IMG/VR virus record: IMGVR_UViG_3300006163_000001
Source: a virus
Strand: one strand, 5' to 3'
DNA length: 64,000 bases
A model generated the notes under the pieces. It did not search any database, was not told the DNA's origin, and worked only from the letters and a program-made list of their open reading frames with translations. Within the stretch, counting starts at the first letter, position 1. The number at the start of each line of letters is the position of its first letter. Shown one piece after another: positions 8,746 through 15,625 of the stretch. The translations under genes were made by a program, and so were the position numbers.

Positions 8746-8939
8746 GCGAGCCTCCGGGTCAGGGCGAGCCACACGGCGGCGATGAGGCCGCCGATGATCT
8801 GTACGGCGGGCTGGGCGGCGAGCAGTACGGCGCCGTGTACGGCGAGGAGCAGCAGTGAGCCGATGGCTGCGGCCAGGCCGGGGATGTAGCCGGTGAGGGC
8901 GAGGAGGGCCGCCAGGAGCGACCAGAGCAGCGCGCGCAT
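8742..8939 (-). CDS. small membrane protein
   Basis: 65 aa, almost entirely hydrophobic (2 TM). Confidence 0.6.
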   Translation of the reverse strand: MRALLWSLLAALLALTGYIPGLAAAIGSLLLLAVHGAVLLAAQPAVQIIGGLIAAVWLALTRRLA

Positions 8940-8971
8940 GGCGGGCTCCCTTCAAGTAGTGGGGGCGGGGT

Positions 8972-9169
8972 TCAGCCGCGGCGTGCGGCGCGGTAGACGC
9001 GGATCGGGTCGATCAGGCGGTCGAGGACGTAGGCGGCAAGCAGGGTCACGGCGAGCGCCGCCAACTGCGGCCACGGCGACGGGGCGTTCAGGGAGGCCGT
9101 CGCGTGCCCGACGCTCAGGCCAGCACCCACGGCGGGGACTGCGGCGGCGAGTTCGTACAGGAATCGCAT
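8972..9169 (-). CDS. small membrane protein
   Basis: 65 aa with 2 predicted TM segments. Confidence 0.6.
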   Translation of the reverse strand: MRFLYELAAAVPAVGAGLSVGHATASLNAPSPWPQLAALAVTLLAAYVLDRLIDPIRVYRAARRG

Positions 9170-9170
9170 G

Positions 9171-9377
9171 TCAGCGGCCTCCTCGGCTGCGTCGGGTCGT
9201 GGTCTTCCTGAAGCCGAAGGGCCCCGGCAGGTCCATGGATGTGGTGCGTCGTCCGGTGCTGTTGGCGGTGTAGTGCGGGCCGCCCTTGCCGCCCAACGTC
9301 ACCGACCACGAACGCCGGTTGATGTTGAGGCGGACCCCGGGCAGGATCCGGAAGCTCTTACGGAACGTGATCGGCAT
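9171..9377 (-). CDS. DUF4236-like protein
   Basis: N-terminus MPITFRKSFRILPGVRLNINRRSWSVTLGGKGG matches the DUF4236 pattern as I recall it. Confidence 0.6.
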   Translation of the reverse strand: MPITFRKSFRILPGVRLNINRRSWSVTLGGKGGPHYTANSTGRRTTSMDLPGPFGFRKTTTRRSRGGR

Positions 9378-9841
9378 CAGAACTCCCCGCTCGTGTACGC
9401 GTTGATCTCTCGGGTCTCTGCGGCGACGTAGAACAGGACCGCCTCGGTGTCTTCCGGTCGCATCCAGCCGACGATCTGACCCACCGCAGCGCCGATCTGA
9501 CCCGCGCTGTGGCCGAGAGCGTCGCCAACACGAACGGCAGACACGACTTGATCAGCGATCTCGCGCAGGTCCAGCGGCAGCGGCACGAAGGGCTGGGTGT
9601 CCACCTCGGTACTGCCGTAGCCGGGGCCCGTGACATGGTGCGAACGCCACCGATATGGGCGCCGCAACCGCCACACCTCCGGCTCGTAGTCGAACGCCAG
9701 CGCGTAGTTGATGTTCGGCAGGACGTCCTGCTCTGCGGCGACGCGGGCGGCGTCGGTCGGGTCGTCGGCCCGCACCAGCTGGGCGTAGACGCCGTTCGGG
9801 CGGGTCGGCCACGTCACCGACCAGCTGGGCTTCCGGAACAT
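9377..9841 (-). CDS. hypothetical protein
   Basis: Internal ATG (MFRKPSWSV). Overlaps neighbours by TGATG and ATGA. Confidence 0.7.
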   Translation of the reverse strand: MFRKPSWSVTWPTRPNGVYAQLVRADDPTDAARVAAEQDVLPNINYALAFDYEPEVWRLRRPYRWRSHHVTGPGYGSTEVDTQPFVPLPLDLREIADQVVSAVRVGDALGHSAGQIGAAVGQIVGWMRPEDTEAVLFYVAAETREINAYTSGEF

Positions 9842-10080
9842 CAGGCACCCCGCTTCTTGCGGCTGGGGTGGCGGGCGGCCCAGGCAGCGTCGTTCTCTGC
9901 GGACTTCACCTGCCACATGCGGGAGCTGTCGCCGGTGCGCCGGTAGTGTTCGGCAGCGGCCTTCGCCGCGGAGCTCGCGGGTGCTGACCTCTGGGGGCGG
10001 GTCTCGGTGGGGTTGTCGGTACGGTTCGATGTGGCGCTGTTGGACGTCAACTCGTCCCGGAGGGCTCGAAACAGTCCCAT
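9841..10080 (-). CDS. hypothetical protein (79 aa)
   Basis: ATG (MGLFRALRDEL) preceded by AGAGGAAA. Confidence 0.6.
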   Translation of the reverse strand: MGLFRALRDELTSNSATSNRTDNPTETRPQRSAPASSAAKAAAEHYRRTGDSSRMWQVKSAENDAAWAARHPSRKKRGA

Positions 10081-10091
10081 TTGGTTTCCTC

Positions 10092-10388
10092 TCAGGCGGG
10101 CGCGCCGGTGCGCGCCTTGTGGAATTCGCGGATGAACTCGTCGGTCAGACCGGAGCCGACAGCCGCCCCGACCGGGCCGATCCCGGTGCGCGAGGCGGCC
10201 CACAACTCCAGCCACGCCATGCGGGTCGCCGTGTAGTTGATGACCGGGCGGGCGCAGCGGACGGCGAATACGACGGCACCAAGGCCGACCATCACCGTCA
10301 GGGCGAGGGCCCGCAGCGCCCACCGGCCCACCCAGCAGGCGGCACGATGCAGCCGGCCAGGCTTCGCAGTGATCAGATAGGCGTGCAC
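10092..10388 (-). CDS. membrane protein
   Basis: 98 aa, GTG start, TM stretch LALTVMVGLGAVVFAV. Confidence 0.65.
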   Translation of the reverse strand: MHAYLITAKPGRLHRAACWVGRWALRALALTVMVGLGAVVFAVRCARPVINYTATRMAWLELWAASRTGIGPVGAAVGSGLTDEFIREFHKARTGAPA

Positions 10389-10424
10389 TACGGGCTCCTC
10401 TCTCGGGGTTGGGGTGGTACCGGC

Positions 10425-10541
10425 TCAGCTCTCGTCGTCGCTGGTGGGCGGCGTCGGCAGGGTCATGGAGAAGGTGACGGTGTAGTCGCCGTCGTCCTCG
10501 GTCTCGACGGTGCTGCCGGACTCGGTCTCGTACTTGGCCAC
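10425..10541 (-). CDS. small acidic protein (38 aa; not in ORF track)
   Basis: GTG preceded by AGAGGAA. Translation VAKYETESGSTVETEDDGDYTVTF..., GC3-rich. Confidence 0.4.
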   Translation of the reverse strand: MAKYETESGSTVETEDDGDYTVTFSMTLPTPPTSDDES

Positions 10542-10581
10542 GGCGGGTTCCTCTCGGGTGGGGTGGGTCAGGCGGTGCTGG

Positions 10582-10761
10582 TCACCACCAGCTGGATTCC
10601 TTCTTGGGTTCGATCATGTGGGGCGGGCAGTTGCCGCCCATGTGGCTCAGACAGGGCTGGCAGTCCTCTTTGGGGGCGAGGCTTCGGTGGATGTCCGGGT
10701 CGTAGGCGTGGGTCCAGCACTGGCGGCACTGGCCCGGCTCGACCGGGCGGCGGAGGGTCAC
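10582..10761 (-). CDS. small Cys-rich (zinc-binding-like) protein, 59 aa
   Basis: GTG start overlaps the upstream stop (GTGA). Contains CRQC...CQPC...C. Confidence 0.5.
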   Translation of the reverse strand: MTLRRPVEPGQCRQCWTHAYDPDIHRSLAPKEDCQPCLSHMGGNCPPHMIEPKKESSWW

Positions 10762-10889
10762 GACTTTCCCCGCTTCTTCTTGGCCGGCTTCGCGGCCTTC
10801 TTCGCCGCGGTCTTCTTGGCGGGCTTCTTCTTCGGGTTGTCCCAGCCGGACGTGTAGTCGCCGTCGTAGCGCTGCCAGGGGAAGCTCAT
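10758..10889 (-). CDS. small Lys-rich protein (43 aa; not in ORF track)
   Basis: ATG preceded by GGCGGAGGA. MSFPWQRYDGDYTSGWDNPKKKPAKK... Confidence 0.45.
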   Translation of the reverse strand: MSFPWQRYDGDYTSGWDNPKKKPAKKTAAKKAAKPAKKKRGKS

Positions 10890-11041
10890 CGCGACCGGTC
10901 CTCCGCCTTCTCGGCGGCGACAACCCGGTCGTGCGACTCCAGGTATTCGGGGCTGTTGGGGTCGGTGTCCGGGTGGTTGAAGCGGGCGTTGTGCTCCCGC
11001 TGCTCCGGCGTACCGAGCACGAAGTTGGTGAAGCGGCCCAC
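10886..11041 (-). CDS. small hypothetical protein (51 aa; not in ORF track)
   Basis: GTG preceded by GAGAGGAGCC. ATGA overlap downstream. Confidence 0.45.
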   Translation of the reverse strand: MGRFTNFVLGTPEQREHNARFNHPDTDPNSPEYLESHDRVVAAEKAEDRSR

Positions 11042-11149
11042 GGTGGGCTCCTCTCGTAGGTTGTTGATGTGGTGCGCGCCCCGGGCCGGATTCGACCCCG
11101 CGCCCTCACGGCGTGGTTGCCGGGGCTGTCGCTGTAGGCCGGTGGGGGG

Positions 11150-11338
11150 TTACCGGCGGGGCTGAGTGACGAAGCCCCAGACCCTGGATTCCTTGGCGAT
11201 CGAGGTGAACTTCGCGCCGGTCTGGCTTTCGACCTCGTCGGCAGCCGCGCGGGCGTCGTGGATGCCGGTGACCTCGACCTCTGTGGTGCTGGTCGCGCGG
11301 TGTCCGTTGTCGTAGGAGGTGATCTTCCACTTGGCCAT
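11150..11338 (-). CDS. hypothetical protein (62 aa)
   Basis: Internal ATG (MAKWKITSYDNGH). Upstream part of the listed ORF is shadow-like. Confidence 0.6.
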   Translation of the reverse strand: MAKWKITSYDNGHRATSTTEVEVTGIHDARAAADEVESQTGAKFTSIAKESRVWGFVTQPRR

Positions 11339-11481
11339 GACAGGTGGTTCCTTCCGTTCGGATGGATGGTTGGTGGTGCGCGCCCCGGGCTGCGTTTGAG
11401 GCGTAGGCCCGTGTTCGGCCTGGCCGGGGCTGGTGCCGCTCCCCGCGGGGATGGGGTGACGGGGAGCGGCGGTACGGGGGT

Positions 11482-11643
11482 CTAGCTGGCGGTTTTCCGC
11501 CCGTGCGTGGCCTCGTGCGCCCGCTTGAACCGGTCGGCGGTCGCCCGGTCCGGGTAACGCCCGCCCTGCTGGTCGCACGTGCACGTCCACGTCCAGTGGC
11601 CGTGCCGGGCGTTGCCCTGGCGGAAGGTACGGGCGGTGGCCAT
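11482..11643 (-). CDS. small hypothetical protein (53 aa; not in ORF track)
   Basis: MATARTFRQGNARHGHWTWTCTCDQQGG... One-nt TGATG overlap with the upstream ORF. Confidence 0.45.
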   Translation of the reverse strand: MATARTFRQGNARHGHWTWTCTCDQQGGRYPDRATADRFKRAHEATHGRKTAS

Positions 11644-11807
11644 CAGGCGGCGACCGGGAGTCGCAGCCCGCGAAGCTCGTCGACGAGCCGCGGACCCAGC
11701 TGGGTGACGGCGTCGACACCGGCCGCCTGGTCGAGGATCAGACGGCGCGTCTCCTCATCGGCCTTGAGGTACTGGGCGATCAGGCGAATGCGGTCCTGGA
11801 TAGACAT
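11643..11807 (-). CDS. small hypothetical protein (54 aa; not in ORF track)
   Basis: MSIQDRIRLIAQYLKADEETRRLILDQ..., GC3-rich. Confidence 0.45.
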   Translation of the reverse strand: MSIQDRIRLIAQYLKADEETRRLILDQAAGVDAVTQLGPRLVDELRGLRLPVAA

Positions 11808-11849
11808 GGCGGAACCTTTCAGGCGTAGGAACGTAGGAGCGGTGCAGGG

Positions 11850-12212
11850 TCAGGCGGTGGGGCGGGGCAGGGCCCGGCAGGTCTCAGCGTGGGCCTGGGC
11901 CCAGGTGCGGGCATCCCGGCCGTAGTGGCTGTCGATCAGCCCCTTCAGCGCGGTGGGGTACAGGCCGAGGTAGGTGCCCTCGTCGCTGTCGAGACAGCCG
12001 GAGCAGCGCGCGGTGATCGTCACGTCGATGACCGTTTCGGGGCGCCGCTGGACGCTGAGCCCGTTGCCCATGGGCACCCTGGCGTGCTCGCCGACCTGGC
12101 GCTCGGTGTGCGGCATCGTGATGTCGACGAAAGCGCCGACGACGGTGACGTAGCGGGCGACGACGCCCTCGGGCCAGGCAGCGGGCTCGGTCGTGCGGGC
12201 AGAAGCAGGCAT
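11850..12212 (-). CDS. hypothetical protein (120 aa)
   Basis: Internal ATG (MPASARTTEP) preceded by GAGGAGA. Confidence 0.65.
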   Translation of the reverse strand: MPASARTTEPAAWPEGVVARYVTVVGAFVDITMPHTERQVGEHARVPMGNGLSVQRRPETVIDVTITARCSGCLDSDEGTYLGLYPTALKGLIDSHYGRDARTWAQAHAETCRALPRPTA

Positions 12213-12324
12213 GGCAGGTCTCCTCGGTTGGTCATGCCGGGATGGAATGGGTGGTGCGGGGTTGGGCACCGCGGGCGGCGAGACGGGGGGAGCGTTCAAT
12301 CGCCGCCCGCGGTGGATCAGGGGC

Positions 12325-12462
12325 CTAGTACGGCCAGTACGGGTCCGGCGGATCGTCCATCGCCGCCGGCGAGTCAGGGATGTCGACGATGCCGACCCAC
12401 GTCGCCAGGCCGCCGCACACGACCGCCGCAAGCAGCCGGCAGAAGATCTCGACCCACGTCAC
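12325..12462 (-). CDS. small membrane protein (45 aa; not in ORF track)
   Basis: GTG overlaps the upstream stop (GTGA). Hydrophobic core IFCRLLAAVVCGGLATWVGIV. Confidence 0.4.
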   Translation of the reverse strand: MTWVEIFCRLLAAVVCGGLATWVGIVDIPDSPAAMDDPPDPYWPY

Positions 12463-12632
12463 GACCGCTCACCGCCGTCGTGCAAGTGCGCGCACCGGTC
12501 ACGCCAGTTCAAGTGGATCGGGCACGTCGACCGCAGCTCGGCCGGCGTCTGCCGCGACGTCTCCTGATACAGGCGCAGGAGCAGATCATCCGACGCATCC
12601 GCGGGGATCCGGGGCAGGGTCGGGACGGTCAT
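12459..12632 (-). CDS. small hypothetical protein (57 aa)
   Basis: Internal ATG (MTVPTLPRIP). TGATG overlap with the upstream gene. Confidence 0.5.
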   Translation of the reverse strand: MTVPTLPRIPADASDDLLLRLYQETSRQTPAELRSTCPIHLNWRDRCAHLHDGGERS

Positions 12633-13471
12633 CACGCCACCTCGATCAGGTCGAGGCGGCCGGCCTGCTCCAGCTGGCAGCGGCACATCCGCATCTCGTC
12701 CTGCGCGACCCAGCAGCCGTCAATGTCGTCCTGCGCGGCCAAACGGGCACAGTGCGCGGAAGCCTGCCGGTAGCGGGTCGCGGCCTCCGCCGGCTCGATC
12801 AGATCCAGGCGCCCGGCCTCGGCGAGGACACCGAACGCGTCGGCGACCGTCTGCCGCGCGGCAAGGAACGCATCCACCTCAACCGGCGACAGCGTCGACG
12901 CCGGACGGGCATCCAGCTCGTCGTAGCGGGCCGTCGCGATCTCGAAGCGGGTGACGGCACGGACGATGTGCAACGGCATCGGGACGAACGCGCGCTCCAG
13001 ACGGGCCAGGGCCTCGACGGCGGGCGCGGGAAGCGGGGCGGTGGGGGTGTCGTCGATCCACTGAAGGTCACTGACGGCCATCACGTCGGAGTTGGCGAGC
13101 CTGCCCAGCTCCCGAGTCGTCAGCCCCTGCCGCTGCGCGCCGTCCCACACCAGCTCCGGCGAGACTGCGCCTACCAGAGTCTGTAGCGGGCCCTCACAAA
13201 ACAGGGCCATCAGGGCGGCATCGTCGGCGCGGCTCGCGCCGATCTCACGGCCAGCGGCCAGCGCCGCCTCGTAGGAGGCGTATGAGACCTTGCGGATCTT
13301 TCGGGCCGGAACGTCGGCGGCCTGCTGAGCGGCGGCTTCGCGAAGCGCTTCGGCATCCGCCATGCGCTGCTCGATACGGGCAATGCGGGCCTGAGCTTCG
13401 TCAGCCGACTCAACGTCCAAGCCGGTGGTGCTGCTGCATGTCTGCGCACCATTAAGATCGGTGGTAGCCAC
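12632..13471 (-). CDS. hypothetical protein; first gene of the leftward operon
   Basis: 279-aa ORF with realistic composition. A divergent intergenic region lies upstream. Confidence 0.75.
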   Translation of the reverse strand: MATTDLNGAQTCSSTTGLDVESADEAQARIARIEQRMADAEALREAAAQQAADVPARKIRKVSYASYEAALAAGREIGASRADDAALMALFCEGPLQTLVGAVSPELVWDGAQRQGLTTRELGRLANSDVMAVSDLQWIDDTPTAPLPAPAVEALARLERAFVPMPLHIVRAVTRFEIATARYDELDARPASTLSPVEVDAFLAARQTVADAFGVLAEAGRLDLIEPAEAATRYRQASAHCARLAAQDDIDGCWVAQDEMRMCRCQLEQAGRLDLIEVA

Positions 13472-13632
13472 AGGGTCTCCTCTACAGAACCTGGTGGTTA
13501 GGGCCGGCCTGCGAGTGGAGTCGCGGTGTCCGGCCCGTCTTCTTTTGTGTGCACCGGTGGAGCGATGCGTAAGGCTTCAGGCGGTGGAGCGCCCTTGCCT
13601 TCAACACCATCCTGAACCCAGCCTGAGGCCGT

Positions 13633-13673
13633 GTCAACACTCTATTGAGAATCGGCGTGTTGACTTCTACTCT
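13633..13673 (+). promoter_or_regulatory. candidate leaderless promoter with flanking inverted repeat
   Basis: TTGAGA (13645-13650), 17-nt spacer, TACTCT (13668-13673), 6 nt before ATG 13680 with no SD. The IR GTCAACAC (13633) / GTGTTGAC (13657) brackets the -35. Confidence 0.5.
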
Positions 13674-13679
13674 GGCCTC

Positions 13680-14021
13680 ATGACAGATGCGTTCACGGAG
13701 TCCCTGGAGGCGAAAGTCGCCGAAGTTGAAGCCATCGAAGACCTGCTCACGCAGGGCCGCGCCGCCCTCGAAGCACGCCAGAAACTGGCGGAGAGCGACC
13801 AAGCCCTCTACGCAATCGAGCAGGCCGCCGTGCGAGGGCTGCGCCAGGGACGCACGTGGGCAGAGGTAGGTGAACTGTTCGGGCGTAGCTATGCCTGGGC
13901 GGAAGCCATCGCCAAAGGGCGCAGCTCGAAGCGAGGGAAGACTGACCATGCCGCCGAGTCAACGCCTCGCGCGGGCGCGGCAGAAGGACACTCCCCCGAC
14001 GCCGAAACGCCAGATCCGTAG
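13680..14021 (+). CDS. hypothetical protein, coiled-coil N-terminus, possible C-terminal HTH
   Basis: Internal ATG (MTDAFTESLEAKV) in the listed ORF. Segment GRTWAEVGELFGRSYAWAEAIAKGR looks HTH-like. Confidence 0.6.
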   Translation: MTDAFTESLEAKVAEVEAIEDLLTQGRAALEARQKLAESDQALYAIEQAAVRGLRQGRTWAEVGELFGRSYAWAEAIAKGRSSKRGKTDHAAESTPRAGAAEGHSPDAETPDP

Positions 14022-14096
14022 CACCTAGACACCGCGGCGACACAAGCTAGCCGTCGCCCCGCCAGACCCGAGCGCAGCGAGCACGGGAGCCTCACA

Positions 14097-14735
14097 GTGG
14101 AACTCGTCGGCACCTGGACCGGCAAAACCGCATGCCTCCTTCAGGAGGCCATGCGAATGACGAATGAGGCGTTCGCCGAACGCCTCGGGATCTCCACCCG
14201 GACGATCACTCGGTGGCACGCCAACCCCGAGATGATCCACCGGACCGAGGTTCAACAGATCCTGGACATCGCATACGAGGAGGCGGACGAAACGGTGCAC
14301 CGGCGGTTCGCGCTCCTACTGCGCCCCGCAGAGCCGCGCATGGAAGCGCAGGCGCTGCGGGTAGCGATAGCCGTCGTGCTGCGAGGAGACGATGTGCTGC
14401 TGGTCTGCCGCCGAGGGGACGGCGAGCTGCGCTGGCAGTTCCCCGCTGGCATGGTCAAGCCCGGAGGTGTCGGCGAGACCGTCGCCGTTCAGGAAACCCA
14501 CGGCGAGACCGGCGTGCACTGCACGATCCGCCAGCACCTCGGAGAACGCATCCACCCGGTAACCGGCGTCATCGCCGAATACCACCTCTGCGACTACCTC
14601 GCCGGCGACGCCACGAACCGTGACTCGCTGGAGAACGTGGACGTGACGTGGGTTCCCCGCGCCGCGGTCACGCGCTTCATTCCGCAGGACCAGATCTACC
14701 CGCCAATTCTGAGCGCCTTGGAGGCAGCTGCATGA
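14097..14735 (+). CDS. XRE-type HTH fused to a Nudix-fold domain with a degenerate Nudix box
   Basis: GTG preceded by GGGAG. HTH segment NEAFAERLGISTRTITRW. Nudix-box region GMVKPGGVGETVAVQETHGETGV lacks three consensus catalytic residues. Confidence 0.8.
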   Translation: MELVGTWTGKTACLLQEAMRMTNEAFAERLGISTRTITRWHANPEMIHRTEVQQILDIAYEEADETVHRRFALLLRPAEPRMEAQALRVAIAVVLRGDDVLLVCRRGDGELRWQFPAGMVKPGGVGETVAVQETHGETGVHCTIRQHLGERIHPVTGVIAEYHLCDYLAGDATNRDSLENVDVTWVPRAAVTRFIPQDQIYPPILSALEAAA

Positions 14736-15142
14736 CCGAGACGACGACTGAGAAGCCGGGCATTTCCGCCGCCATCATCGTGAGCGACGGGCGTGTGCTC
14801 ATGGTCAGGCGCCGCGTCTCCGAGGGCGAGTTGATGTGGCAGTTCCCGGCGGGCGCCATCGAGCCGGGCGAGGCCGCGGTGGACGCGGCCGTGCGCGAGA
14901 CAGGCGAGGAGACGGGACTGACGGTGAAGGCGATCCGTCTGCTCGGCGAGCGCATCCACCCCAAGACCCACCGTCTGATGTCCTACACGGCTTGCGAGGT
15001 GGTGGATGGCGAGGCGCGCGTCGCGGACGACGAGGAGCTCGACGCGATCACCTGGGCCGCACACTCCGAGCTTCCCGAACTGGTGCCCTACGGCCTGTTC
15101 GGCCCCGTCCAGGAGTACCTCGACGAGGTGCTGCCGCACTGA
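14732..15142 (+). CDS. Nudix hydrolase (canonical Nudix box)
   Basis: ATGA overlap with the upstream gene and GGAGG RBS. GAIEPGEAAVDAAVRETGEETGL fits GX5EX7REUXEEXGU. Confidence 0.85.
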   Translation: MTETTTEKPGISAAIIVSDGRVLMVRRRVSEGELMWQFPAGAIEPGEAAVDAAVRETGEETGLTVKAIRLLGERIHPKTHRLMSYTACEVVDGEARVADDEELDAITWAAHSELPELVPYGLFGPVQEYLDEVLPH

Positions 15143-15204
15143 TGTGCAGATGCCGTGTGGAGCCCTGCCGCGTGGGTGACCCTGCTGTGAGGCTCCTCTA
15201 ACGC

Positions 15205-15260
15205 GAACGGCCCGGTGCGCGAACACCGGGCTCGTTCCACCAGCGAGCGCGAACTCGCTG
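15205..15260 (+). terminator. two consecutive stem-loops with identical CGCGAA loops
   Basis: GAACGGCCCGGTG-CGCGAA-CACCGGGC(T)CGTTC, then CAGCGAG-CGCGAA-CTCGCTG. Confidence 0.55.
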
Positions 15261-15296
15261 ATCACCAACCCACTCCCCGCTAGAGAAGAGGTCTGG

Positions 15297-15611
15297 ATGA
15301 ACACCTTACTGTGCAAGGCTGCCCACGCGCCTGCGTCATACGCCACAGTCGGCCTGACGCCCGACCGCGTGCTCGACACGCCGCTGCCTGATCTGCTCGC
15401 CGAGCTGGACGTCGAGATCGTGGCCAGCTCGATCACCGACCGCGACTTCTTCGGCGCGGTCGTACAGCGCAAGAGCGGCGAGACGTACCTGTCCATGCCG
15501 GTCGGCCGTAGCGAGCTGGAGCACGACACGGTCGCCCGCTACCTCATCGCGCAGGCCTTCGATGTGGGGCTGCCGCAGTTGCCGGCGCCGTTCGTGACGG
15601 CCGAGATTTGA
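15297..15611 (+). CDS. hypothetical protein (104 aa)
   Basis: ATG preceded by GAAGAGG. Its stop overlaps the TTG of the next listed ORF. Confidence 0.6.
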   Translation: MNTLLCKAAHAPASYATVGLTPDRVLDTPLPDLLAELDVEIVASSITDRDFFGAVVQRKSGETYLSMPVGRSELEHDTVARYLIAQAFDVGLPQLPAPFVTAEI

Positions 15612-15625
15612 GCCGGGGAGCAGAC

